From: Eledone cirrhosa
Lineage: Eukaryota
Assembly (NCBI GenBank): GCA_964016885.1
Contig: CAXHJY010001145.1
Location: 33,264-97,263 of the forward strand
DNA length: 64,000 nt
Reading direction: 5' to 3'
Of this stretch, positions 35,880 to 49,500 are shown one piece after another. The notes beneath the pieces are model-generated. The model saw only the letters and a program-made list of their open reading frames with translations, did not search any database and was not told the DNA's origin. The position numbers were made by a program, and so were the translations under genes. How positions within the stretch are numbered: position 1 is the stretch's first letter; each line of letters opens with the position of its first letter.

Positions 35880-38800
35880 TTAGACCTGGTTGTTTTTCGG
35901 TTTGCTAGGTGGACTGCGGAATTTGGAAAGTTTGAACACTCAATGACAATGTCACAGATAAAGATAAATTCACATCCCACTGCAGGACGAGAATGCAAGG
36001 ACCCCTCTTTATTTCAAACATGGATGACCAACATGATTCCGTCTCCCACACCCCTCCCTGCCCCTCCAACCCATCCATTCCACCCAACTTCAGAGTCGGT
36101 ACCATGAACATAAGCACATTGAAAGGCTGCTCAAATGAGGTTGTAGAGATGCTTGAACATAAGGAAGTTGATGTTTGTTGAGTTCAAGAGACTAGGTGGA
36201 GAGGTGGGTCTGCTAGATTCAGTGTGGGTAAAAAATGATGCTATAAACTTTTCTGAGTGGGAAATGACAACGGACTGGGTGGAGTAGGAATTATGTTAGC
36301 AGAAAAATGGGTAGATAAGGTAATTGCTGTAAATAGAGTGAATGACAGAATAATTAAAATAAGACTAGTTGTAAATAGAACTATTGTGACAATAATATCC
36401 ACTTATGCACCCCAATCTGGTCTACCTGATGTTATAAAGGACAGGTTCTATGAGTCGCTAATGCACACTACCTCCCAAATAACCGACAGCGACTACTTAA
36501 TTATTGCTGGCGACCTAAATGGTCACGTTGGACAACATAGTGATAGCTATAATAGAATCCATGGAGGCTATGGGTTTGGTAATAGAAATGAGGAAGGCTT
36601 CATAATCCTGGAATTCTGTGACGCTAATAACATAACTATCTGTAACATAAACTTAAAAAAATGAGACAATCACTTGATCACCTATAGATCAGGGGAACAC
36701 ACCAGCCAGATAGATTATATCCTTACTAGAAGATGTGACAAAGTGTAAACACTAAATCCCTCCCCCATGAAGAATGCACCTTCCAACATAGCCTAGTAGT
36801 TAGTGACCTCATAGTCACGAATAGACGTACTCGACGACAGAGCAGGACTACCTTGAGGAGAAGAATATGGAAGTTGAAGGACCCCACAGTCAGTGACAAA
36901 TTAAAAAGCTTATTACTTGATGCTTTTGACAATAAGGAAGAGCAATTAGAGACGTACAATATAGAGGAACAGTGGGAATTCTTGAAAGTTAACCTACTGA
37001 AGGTGAGGGATGAAATCTGTGGCTGGAGCAGACCTATTGGCAGGAGGGGAGTAACTTGGTGGTGGAACAGTAAGGTGGAGGAGACAATCAAGGCCAAAAA
37101 GCAGGATGGCAGGGTGGGAGAAATAGAGAACACTATCAAGTGGCCAGGAGAGAAGCTAGGAGACAAGTGTACTTTGCAAAAAGGGAAGCAGAGGATAGAA
37201 AGTTCAAGCATGTTCTACAATGTGAGGTGTTCGGATTGCTAGACAATGTGTCAAGGAAAACATTGATATTGTCGGGGAGAAGTGTGTCCGTAATGATAAT
37301 AGTGTACTTGCCCTCACTGATACTGATAAGAAGGTAGCTTGGAAGTGTCACTACGAGAGACTACTAAATGAGGAGAATAAATGGGAAAAAGATAGTCTGC
37401 CCTAAATCGATCCAATAGAAGGACCAGCGGTGCAAGTTAAAGGTAGTGTAATAAGTAAGGTAATCAAAGATATAAAGACAAGCAAAGCAGCTGGGCCTTC
37501 GGAGATAGTTGCTGAGATGTTGAAAGCATCTGGAATGGTGGGATATACTATGGTCACCCGGATAGTAAATCAAGTAATACAGAATGGGGTCATACCAAAA
37601 GACTGGCGTAGCAGCATCATCATTAATTGCTACAAGGGTAAAGGGGATGTTCTAGATAGGGGAAACTATAGAGGTATTAAGTTAGTTGACCAGGTCATGA
37701 AGGTCACAGAAAGAGTTATAGCACAACTAATCAGAGATCAAATTGATCTAGATGAAATGCAGTTTGGGTTTGTGTCAGGTAAAAGTACAACAGACGCTCT
37801 TTTCCTTGTACGACAACTACAAGAGAAGTACCTAGCTAAAAGTAAACCTCTCTACTTAGCTTTTGTAGACCTGGAGAAAGCCTTTGACAGAGTCCCCCGC
37901 TCCATTATCTGGTAGGCTCTTAGAAAACTAGGTGTAGATAAATGGCTTGTGAGAGCTATACAAGCCATGTATAAAGAAACAGTCAGTAAGGTTAGAATTA
38001 ACAATGAATATAGTGAAGAATTTAGCGTAAAAGTTGGTGTTCATCAAGGCTCTGTCCTTAGCCCCCTTCTGTTTATTATTGCCCTTCAGGCTATAACAGA
38101 GGAGTTTAAGGCCGGCTTCCCATGGGAACTTCTATACGCAGATGATCTAACTCTCATAGCTGAATCTATGGCTGAACTAAAGAAGAAATTCCAATCATGG
38201 AAGCATGGCCTAGAATCAAAAGGCCTTAAAGTTAACTTGTCTAAGACTAAAGTTCTAGTATGTAGAAAGGAAAATAGGGCACAGGTGCCTTCTGGGAAAT
38301 GGCCATGTTCAGTGTGTAGGAAAGGAGTAGGTAGAAATTCCATTTTATGTCCCAAATGCAAACTATGGGTACATAAAAGATGTAGTGGGATCACAGGTAA
38401 ACTATCTAAGAACGTAGATTTTATATGTGGCCGATGCTCAGGTGCAATAAGTAGCAAGTGCCCACAGGATACTAGCTCCTTCTATTGCCCAGATGGTTCT
38501 ATAGAAATAGTGGACACTTTCCGTTATCTGGGTGATAAAATCAGCAGTGGTGGAGGGTGCTCTGAAAGTACAGTAGCTAGAGTCAGAACGGGATGGAAAA
38601 AGTTCAGAGAGCTTATACCGCTGTTGGCCACAAAAGATTTCCCTTTAAAAATGAAAGGCAGATTGTATGATGCCTGTATACGAACAGCAATGTTACATGG
38701 CAGTGAGACATGGGCATTGCGTGAAGAGGACCTGCGCAGACTGGAAAGGAACGAAGCATGCATGCTCCGTTGGATGTGTAATAGTAATATTAAACATCCA

Positions 38801-39502
38801 AAACACATAAATGAACTAAGTGAGAAATTAGGAATAAGAGGGATCAGATGCTGTTTACTTGAGAGAAGACTACGTTGGTATGGTCACGTGATGCGCATGA
38901 ACGACGACAGTTGTATAAAAAAGTGCAGGGCGATTAAAATTGATGGAAGTTACGGAGTTGGTAGACCCAGAAAAACCTGGGATGATTTGATAAATTCCGA
39001 CCTTACACACTTGCATCTCTCTAAGACAATGTTACTGAACCGAGATCTTTGGCGCCACACAGTAACACAGAAGACCCACCTTGCCTATGTACAAAGCGAA
39101 ACCTACAGTCAGTAGGCACCTCCTAACCAAATATACACCCCACTCCACTACCCCTACTCCATCCTCCCACTCCCACCAACACCACTCTTTCTCTGTAAAG
39201 TTGGTACCACAACATCCAGTCCAAATTAATGAGATAATGGGATCGAGATCATGTAGGTGTCATGACAAAAAAACACAGTCCACGCTGTAATGTGGCTGTG
39301 TAGGTAACACGGTAAAAAGTTCCCAGTCCATACTGTAAATGTGGTTGGTGTTAGGAAGGGCATCCAGTCGTAGAAAACCTGCCAGATAATCCTATATGAG
39401 CGAGACATGGTCACCCGACCAACCTTGCGTCAAATTGAGACAACTCCCGACTAACCCATGCTAGTGTGGAAGATAGACATTAAACGATGATGATGATGAT
39501 GA
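35880..39502 (+). mobile_element. Near full-length RTE-clade LINE with PHD finger (inactivated by several stops and frameshifts; 5' boundary uncertain)
   Basis: APE motifs VGTMNI, VQETRW, YAPQ, GDLNGHVG, SQIDY; RT motifs NYRGIKL, FVDLEKAFDRVP, GVHQGSVLSP, YADD (38135); WYGHVMR..GRPRKTW; (GAT)n tail. Confidence 0.93.
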
Positions 39503-40169
39503 TATAAAGTGTATGTATTGATTTTGTACACACACATACATACTGTCACATATTTTGAGTACCTCAATTTATTTTATCCATTTTTCTGATGATGATTTGC
39601 CTAACCCACCAATCCCAATACTGTTATTCACACAGATGAATTTGTGAGGTGTCTGGTGTGGCTCCCCTTTATCTTATTTATTGTACCTACTACCCATTCA
39701 CTCGTCTCTGGTTTAGCATCTTTACAATCTCTTCAGCTGTATCATTCATCATACACTTCTGGTGGCAGCCCCGATGTTTTCTACTTGATAGTATGGGAAG
39801 AGTTCTGGTCATAAGTTGGTTGTTTAATGTCTGTTTTCTTCAAAGGAAAGGAAGATAGTTTATGTAATTATTTGTGGACAGTTGATGAGTTCTCATACAT
39901 TGTCAGATGTTCCTACTAAACCACCACTCTACTATGCAGATGTATTTGTTTTGCATATGTATTTGTTTTTCATTGTAATTTTTTCTCTCTCCCCCTCTTT
40001 CTCTCTATGGAAGCCGCAAACCAGGCATGCAGCTGGTGCAAGATCCCAGAAAAATGGAGGGTGACATAATGAGATGATAAGGTAGATAGAGCCATAAAAA
40101 CAAAAAGATAAGCTTGGAGAAAAAGTCGGGGACAGAAATACCAAATAGCTAGAAGAGAGACTAGGCACC

Positions 40170-40666
40170 AGGCATACCTAGCAAGGGCAGAGGCAGAAAA
40201 GATGAAGTTTGCTCATGTTCTGTATCATGAAGATCAGAGGCATGAAGTGGTTCGGATTGTGAGACAGTATGCTAGAGATAATCGTGATGTGGTTGCCCTG
40301 TCTGATGTTGAAAAGAATGAAGCAAGGAAGACTTACCATAAAGGACTGCTGAATGAAGAGAAGAAATGAGACAGCAAGGGCCTAACCTATGCAGACCCAC
40401 CTATAAAAGTTAATAACAGTGTGATAGATAAAGCAATTAAAGACATGAAAGTAGGGAAGGTAGCTGGGCTATCTTGTATAGTTGCTGAGATGCTAAAATC
40501 ATCTGGCATGGTAGGATATGAGTGAGTCAGACTCATAGTTAATCAAGTAGTACAGGATGGAGTCATACCCAACGACTGGCATAGTAGTGTCATTGCAAAT
40601 TGCTACAAGGGCAAAGGGAATGTACCAGAGAGAAGTAACTACAGAAGCATCAAGTTGATTGACCAG
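40170..40666 (+). mobile_element. Old RTE fragment (linker and start of RT)
   Basis: Homologous to 37150-37690 (IVAEMLK.SG.VG, NCYKGKG..NYR.IKL). Confidence 0.8.
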
Positions 40667-41475
40667 GTATTTATGAACAATACCACAGCTGTCGAAAAAA
40701 ATGACAATCATTGTTTTCACCCTGGATCTGCTCAAGCATGTTTTCTTCAGATAAAGAGAATTTTTTCTCTGCTACTCTTCACTTTGACATTTTGACTCAG
40801 GATTGTACATGAACAGCCATGATTCATCTCCGGTTATTACTTTATTCAAGAAATTTGACTCAATTTTGAGTCTTTCTAGCAAATCCTGACAAATTAACCA
40901 CAAATTTGCTTTTTTGCTCCACAGATAAGTGTTTAGGCGCTAGTTTTGCACACATTTTTCATATATGCAAATGGTTTGTTAAAATTCTGTGAACAGCATT
41001 TTAATCTAATCCTGTTCCCTGTGCAATCATCCTAACACTTAATTGCCAATGTTTTGCCATCAGTGTTCACACCACTTCCACATTTTGTTCATTTGTTGAC
41101 AAGATTGGCCTTCCACATTTCTCAGCCCTCTTTGAAAGTTTTGTGCCATTTAAAAAACATTGCATTTTGATAGAGTGACATCTCCATAAGATTGTGTTAA
41201 AGAATAAAATGTTTCGGTGGCAGATTTGTTGAGTTTCATACAAAATTTGATTGCATATTATTGTTTGATATTTTCCTGAATCGCAAACATAACAGAGGTT
41301 ATGAACATGTCTTTACATAAACAACAATAGCTCATGACTGACTCAATTGATAATGTTGAAATAAGTATGTACATGCAGCCAAGGCCATAACCAACATGCT
41401 TGTACACATCGAGGTGCTGCATTACCATGTCATACATAGGAAAATCGGTACCCTTCTTTTGGGACAGACCTCGTA
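40667..41475 (-). mobile_element. Truncated mariner transposon relic
   Basis: TA|CGAGGTCTGTCCCAAAAG end; AIKFCMKLNKSATETF..SYGD..KWHKTFKEG HTH region; VITGDESWLFMYNPE; SRVKTMIVIFFDSCGIVH; stops present. Confidence 0.85.
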
Positions 41476-41559
41476 TGTATATAACTTAAAGTTTTGCATT
41501 AAAGTTGTAATTGCATCGCAGCCACACAAGTCTGCTTTATCTTCTTTACCTACATATTC

Positions 41560-42770
41560 TTGGGATGGCTGTTGGGGCAGAGTCCCAAAATATGTCATTC
41601 AGTGGGTCCTGTCAGAAGCAACTGGACTGGAAACTTTATAATTTTAATTCAGCAAGGTTAAAATTAATAATGACTATAGTGAGGAGTTCAGTGTGCAAGT
41701 TGGGGTCCACCAAGGCTCCACCCTTAACCCCCTCCTGTTCATTATTTTCCTCCAGGCTATAACAGAAGAGTTTAAAACAGGATGCCCTTGGGAACTCCTG
41801 TATGTTGATAATCTCATAGCTGAATCTATGGCAGAACTAGAGAAAAAGATTCCTGACCTGGAAGCATAACCTGGAATTTAAAGGTTGCACAGCAGCAGTA
41901 AGCAGTAAATGCTCACAGGAAACAAGTGTTATCAAATATTTGGAAGGTTCCATAGAAGCAGTTGACTGCAAGCTACAAAAGGTTTTCCCTTTAAAATGAA
42001 GGGCAGATTGAATGATGCATGTCTATGAGCAGCCATGTTGCATGGTAGTGAAACCTGAGCTCTGAGTGCGGAGGATCTGCGAAGATTGGAAAGAAATTAA
42101 GCTGGCATGCTTTGTTGGATGTATAATAATAATATAGATGAACAGCAAAGCATAAATGAACTGAGAGAGACACTAGACATAAGAGGGTTCACATGCAGTG
42201 TGCAGGAGAGGAAATTGCATTGGTATGGACATGTGATATGTATGAAGGGTGACAGCTGTATAAAAGGGTGTAGGGTGCTCAAAGTTGAAGGTAGCTATGG
42301 AGAAGGAAAACTTTTGATGAGGGGATAAAAGCTGACCTTGCACAATTGCACCTCTCTAAGATGATGACTCAGGATCGAAATCTCTGGTGTTATGAAGTTA
42401 TACAGAAGACCCGCCTTCCCCTATGCACAGGTTGAAGCATGCATTCAGTATGCACCAATTTCCCTTACCTTCCTCATTCATGTCCTAACACCCCCACCCT
42501 TCACCCACGTCTCCTCACTTGAAAAGTCCCTAGATCTATTTCCCCCATCCTCATGCACCCCCACCAGCCCACACTGTAAAGTGGTTGTGTAAGTGTCACA
42601 ACAGAAAGCACCCAATACACACTGTAAATGAGGTTGACATTATGAAGGGCATCCAGCCATAGAAACCAAGCCAAAATCAGTTCTGTAGGAGCAAGACATG
42701 GTCATCTTATCTGGCATGTTTTATAATGGGACAACTTGTCTAACCCACACTAGCGTGGAAAAAGATATTA
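41560..42770 (+). mobile_element. Old RTE fragment (RT to 3' UTR, with deletions)
   Basis: VGVHQGS.L.PLLF, CPWELLYVD, LHWYGHV; probably the continuation of 40170-40666. Confidence 0.8.
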
Positions 42771-43014
42771 GCATCAACCAGTTTCTTGATTGCTTGTGCT
42801 ACTTTTGTGTCATTAGCTATGTTGCTGGGTGTATTCTTCACCCATGGAAGACTTAGCATTCATAACCATCTGTCTATCCTATTTCTTAGTGAGTATTGAG
42901 TGTATCTAGCTTGTATGTTCACCTGTCTATTAGGTGATCAGATTGCTAGCTACCTCCATGTGTTTGAAATAGTCCAAAGCCTTTCATATGCATCTCATTA
43001 ACCATTTTAATGTC

Positions 43015-43224
43015 CTTTAAACTGCCAAGTCATTATAATTGTCTCTACTTTAGGCACAAGGCCAGCAATTACCCAGTGCATTACTGGTACTTTATTTTAT
43101 CGACCCCCTAAGAATGAAAGGCAAAGTCAACCTCGGCGGGATTTGAACTCAGATCGTAAAGGGACGTAACTATGCTGGAAAGCATGGCGTCCGACCCTCT
43201 ACTGATACTGCCAATCCACCGCCA
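43015..43224 (-). mobile_element. Young tRNA-derived SINE with candidate TSD
   Basis: Family match; AAGTCATTATAAT occurs on both sides (~43027 and ~43224). Confidence 0.85.
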
Positions 43225-43592
43225 AGTCATTATAATGACATCACTGTTATCTCATTGAGGTAGTCTGCAAGTGAGCTCCATAGAAATTATCATTTGCTCA
43301 TCTTTCCATCCGGAGGGTAGCTCATGTTGCTTATGTCCTGTCTAAACATTATTATTCTGTCATATATGTTGGTTACTTCAATTATGAGCCAGTTAGCGAA
43401 ATTTCTACATGGTCGCTCAACCTGCTAGACATAGCTAAATCTTCCCCAAATAACACACTACACTAAGAAGAAATAGAAGGATTCATTGGTTAATCTAGTC
43501 TTAGATACACAATATCTTAAAATAAGATGAAATGTTTACAGCTGGAATGCTCAATTCTTTGCTCTCCCCACCGCTCAATCTGTTTTTTTAAT

Positions 43593-46500
43593 AATATATT
43601 TCCTCTACCCCCTATTTCCTTCCTACAATATATTCTCTCTAACCCTTATTTCATTCCTACAATGTATTTTCTCTAACCCTTATTTCATTCCTACAATGTA
43701 TTCTCTCTAACCCTTATTTCATTCCTACAATGTATTCTCTCTAACCCTTATTTCATTCCTACAATGTATTCTCTCTAACCTTATTTCATTCCTACAATAT
43801 ATTCTCTCTAACCCTTATTTCATTCCTACAATGTATTCTCTGTAACCCTTATTTCATTCCTACAATGTATTCTCTCTAACCCTTATTTCATTCCTACAAT
43901 ATATTCTCTCTAACCCTTATTTCATTCCTACAATGTATTCTCTCTAACCCTTATTTCATTCCTACAATGTATTCTCTCTAACCTTATTTCATTCCTACAA
44001 TATATTCTCTCTAACCCTTATTTCATTCCTACAATGTATTCTCTCTAACCCTTATTTCATTCCTACAATATATTCTCTCTAACCCTTATTTCATTCCTAC
44101 AATGTATTCTCTCACCCTTATTTCATTCCTACAATATATTCTCTCTAACCCTTATTTCATTCCTACAATGTATTCTCTCTAACCCTTATTTCATTCCTAC
44201 AATATATTCTCTCTAACCCTTATTTCATTCCTACAATATATTCTCTCTAACCCTTATTTCATTCCTACAATATATTCTCTCTAACCCTTATTTCATTCCT
44301 ATAATGTATTCTCTCTAACCCTTATTTCATTCCTACAATGTATTCTCTCTAACCCTTATTTCATTCCTACAATATATTCTCTCTAACCCTTATTTCATTC
44401 CTACAATGTATTCTCTCTAACCCCTATTTCATTCCTACAATATATTCTCTCTAACCCTTATTTCATTCACAATGTATTCTCTCTAACCCTTATTTCATTC
44501 CTACAATGTATTCTCTCTAACCCTTATTTCATTCCTACAATATATTCTCTCTAACCCTTATTTCATTCCTACAATGTATTCTCTCGAACCCCTATTTCAT
44601 TCCTACAATATATTCTCTCTAACCCTTATTTCATTCCTACAATGTATTCTCTCTAACCCTTATTTCATTCCTACAATATATTCTCTCTAACCCTTATTTC
44701 ATTCCTACAATGTATTCTCTCTAACCCTTATTTCATTCCTACAATATATTCTCTCTAACCCTTATTTCATTCCTACAATGTATTCTCTCTAACCCTTATT
44801 TCATTCCTACAATGTATTCTCTATAACCCTTATTTCATTCCTACAATATATTCTCTCTAACCCTTATTTCATTCCTACAATGTATTCTCTCTAACCCTTA
44901 TTTCATTCCTACAATGTATTCTCTCTAACCCTTATTTCATTCCTACAATATATTCTCTCTAACCCTTATTTCATTCCTACAATGTATTCTCTCTAACCCT
45001 TATTTCATTCCTACAATGTATTCTCTCTAACCCTTATTTCATTCCTACAATATATTCTCTCTAACCCTTATTTCATTCCTACAATGTATTCTCTCTAACC
45101 CTTATTTCATTCCTACAATATATTCTCTCTAACCCTTATTTCATTCCTACAATGTATTCTCTCTAACCCTTATTTCATTCCTACAATGTATTCTCTCTAA
45201 CCCTTATTTCATTCTTACAATATATTCTCTCTAACCCTTATTTCATTCCTACAATGTATTCTCTCTAACCCTTATTTCATTCCTACAATATATTCTCTCT
45301 AACCCTTATTTCATTCCTACAATGTATTCTCTCTAACCCTTATTTCATTCCTACAATGTATTCTCTGTAACCCTTATTTCATTCCTACAATATATTCTCT
45401 CTAACCCTTATTTCATTCCTACAATGTATTCTCTCTAACCCTTATTTCATTCCTACGATGTATTCTCTCTAACCCTTATTTCATTCCTACAATGTATTCT
45501 CTCTAACCCTTATTTCATTCTTACAATGTATTCTCTCTAACCCTTATTTCATTCCTACAATGTATTCTCTCTAACCCTTATTTCATTCCTACAATGTATT
45601 CTCTCTAACCCTTATTTCATTCCTACAATGTATTCTCTCTAACCCTTATTTCATTCCTACAATGTATTCTCTCTAACCCTTATTTCATTCCTACAATGTA
45701 TTCTCTCTAACCCTTATTTCATTCCTACAATATATTCTCTCTAACCCTTATTTCATTCCTACAATGTATTCTCTCTAACCCTTATTTCATTCCTACAATG
45801 TATTCTCTCTAACCCTTATTTCATTCCTACAATGTATTCTCTCTAACCCTTATTTCATTCCTACAATATATTCTCTCTAACCCTTATTTCATTCCTACAA
45901 TGTATTCTCTCTAACCCTTATTTCATTCCTACAATGTATTCTCTCTAACCCTTATTTCATTCCTACAATATATTCTCTCTAACCCTTATTTCATTCCTAC
46001 AATGTATTCTCTCTAACCCTTATTTCATTCCTACAATGTATTCTCTCTAACCCTTATTTCATTCCTACAATATATTCTCTCTAACCCTTATTTCATTCCT
46101 ACAATGTATTCTCTCTAACCCTTATTTCATTCCTACAATGTATTCTCTCTAACCCTTATTTCATTCCTACAATATATTCTCTCTAACCCTTATTTCATTC
46201 CTACAATGTATTCTCTCTAACCCTTATTTCATTCCTACAACATATTCTCTCTAACCTTTATTTCATTCCTACAATATATTCTCTCTAACCCTTATTTCAT
46301 TCCTACAATGTATTCTCTCTAACCCTTATTTCATTCCTACAATGTATTCTCTCTAACCCTTATTTCATTCCTACAATATATTCTCTCTAACCCTTATTTC
46401 ATTCCTACAATGTATTCTCTCTAACCCTTATTTCATTCCTACAATGTATTCTCTCTAACCCTTATTTCATTCCTACAATATATTCTCTCTAACCCTTATT

Positions 46501-49500
46501 TCATTCCTACAATGTATTCTCTCTAACCCTTATTTCATTCCTACAATGTATTCTCTCTAACCCTTATTTCATTCCTACAATATATTCTCTCTAACCCTTA
46601 TTTCATTCCTACAATGAATTCTCTCACCCTTATTTCATTCCTACAATATATTCTCTCTAACCCTTATTTCATTCCTACAATGTATTCTCTCTAACCCTTA
46701 TTTCATTCCTACAATGTATTCTCTCTAACCCTTATTTCATTCCTACAATATATTCTCTCTAACCCTTATTTCATTCCTACAATGTATTCTCTGTAACCCT
46801 TATTTCATTCCTACAATGTATTCTCTCTAACCCTTATTTCATTCCTACAATATATTCTCTCTAACCCTTATTTCATTCCTACAATGTATTCTCTCTAACC
46901 CTTATTTCATTCCTACAATGTATTCTCTGTAACCCTTATTTCATTCCTACAATGTATTCTCTCTAACCCTTATTTCATTCCTACAATATATTCTCTCTAA
47001 CCCTTATTTCATTCCTACAATATATTCTATCTAACCCTTATTTCATTCCTACAATGTATTCTCTCTAACCTTATTTCATTCCTACAATATATTCTCTCTA
47101 ACCCTTATTTCATTCCTACAATGTATTCTCTCACCCTTATTTCATTCCTACAATATATTCTCTCTAACCCTTATTTCATTCCTACAATGTATTCTCTCTA
47201 ACCCTTATTTCATTCCTACAATATATTCTCTCTAACCCTTATTTCATTCCTACAATATATTCTCTCTAACCCTTATTTCATTCCTACAATATATTCTCTC
47301 TAACCCTTATTTCATTCCTATAATGTATTCTCTCTAACCCTTATTTCATTCCTACAATGTATTCTCTCTAACCCTTATTTCATTCCTACAATATATTCTC
47401 TCTAACCCTTATTTCATTCCTACAATGTATTCTCTCTAACCCCTATTTCATTCCTACAATATATTCTCTCTAACCCTTATTTCATTCACAATGTATTCTC
47501 TCTAACCCTTATTTCATTCCTACAATGTATTCTCTCTAACCCTATTTCATTCCTACAATGTATTCTCTCTAACCCCTATTTCATTCCTACAATATATTCT
47601 CTCTAACCCTTATTTCATTCCTACAATGTATTCTCTCTAACCCTTATTTCATTCCTACAATATATTCTCTCTAACCCTTATTTCATTCCTACAATATATT
47701 CTCTCTAACCCTTATTTCATTCCTACAATGTATTCTCTCTAACCCTTATTTCATTCCTACAATGTATTCTCTCTAACCATTATTTCATTCCTACAATGTA
47801 TTCTCTCTAACCCTTATTTCATTCCTACAATATATTCTCTCTAACCCTTATTTCATTCCTACAATGTATTCTCTCTAACCCTTATTTCATTCCTACAATG
47901 TATTCTCTCTAACCCTTATTTCATTCCTACAATATATTCTCTCTAACCCTTATTTCATTCCTACAATGTATTCTCTCTAACCCTTATTTCATTCCTACAA
48001 TATATTCTCTCTAACCCTTATTTCATTCCTACAATGTATACTCTCTAACCCTTATTTCATTCCTACAATGTATTCTCTCTAACCCTTATTTCATTCCTAC
48101 AATATATTCTCTCTAACCCTTATTTCATTCCTACAATGTATTCTTTCTAACCCTTATTTCATTCCTACAATATATCTCTCTAACCCTTATTTCATTCCTA
48201 CAATGTATTCTCTCTAACCCTTATTTCATTCCTACAACGTATTCTCTCTAACCCTTATTTCATTCCTACAATATATTCTCTCTAACCCTTATTTCATTCC
48301 TACAATGTATTCTCTCTAACCCTTATTTCATTCCTACAATGTATTCTCTCTAACCCTTATTTCATTCCTACAATGTATTCTCTCTAACCCTTATTTCATT
48401 CTTACAATGTATTCTCTCTAACCTTTATTTCATTCCTACAATGTATTCTCTCTAACCCTTATTTCATTCCTACAATGTATTCTCTCTAACCCTTATTTCA
48501 TTCCTACAATGTATTCTCTCTAACCCTTATTTCATTCCTACAATGTATTCTCTCTAACCCTTATTTCATTCCTACAATGTATTCTCTCTAACCCTTATTT
48601 CATTCCTACAATATATTCTCTCTAACCCTTATTTCATTCCTACAATGTATTCTCTCTAACCCTTATTTCATTCCTACAATGTATTCTCTCTAACCCTTAT
48701 TTCATTCCTACAATGTATTCTCTCTAACCCTTATTTCATTCCTACAATATATTCTCTCTAACCCTTATTTCATTCCTACAATGTATTCTCTCTAACCCTC
48801 ATTTCATTCCTACAATGTATTCTCTCTAACCCTTATTTCATTCCTACAATATATTCTCTCTAACCCTTATTTCATTCCTACAATGTATTCTCTCTAACCC
48901 TTATTTCATTCCTACAATGTATTCTCTCTAACCCTTATTTCATTCCTACAATATATTCTCTCTAACCCTTATTTCATTCCTACAATATATTCTCTCTAAC
49001 CCTTATTTCATTCATACAATGTATTCTCTCTAACCCCTATTTCATTCCTACAATGTATTCTCTCTAACCCCTATTTCATTCCTACAATATATTCTCTCTA
49101 ACCCTTATTTCATTCCTACAATGTATTCTCTCTAACCCTTATTTCATTCCTACAATATATTCTCTCTAACCTTATTTCATTCCTACAATATATTCTCTCT
49201 AACCCTTATTTCATTCCTACAATGTATTCTCTCTAACCCTTATTTCATTCCTACAATGTATTCTCTCTAACCCTTATTTCATTCCTACAATATATTCTCT
49301 CTAACCCTTATTTCATTCCTACAATGTATTCTCTCTAACCCTTATTTCATTCCTACAATATATTCTCTCTAACCCTTATTTCATTCCTACAATGTATTCT
49401 CTCTAACCCTTATTTCATTCCTACAATGTATTCTCTCTAACCCTTATTTCATTCCTACAATATATTCTCTCTAACCCTTATTTCATTCCTACAATGTATT

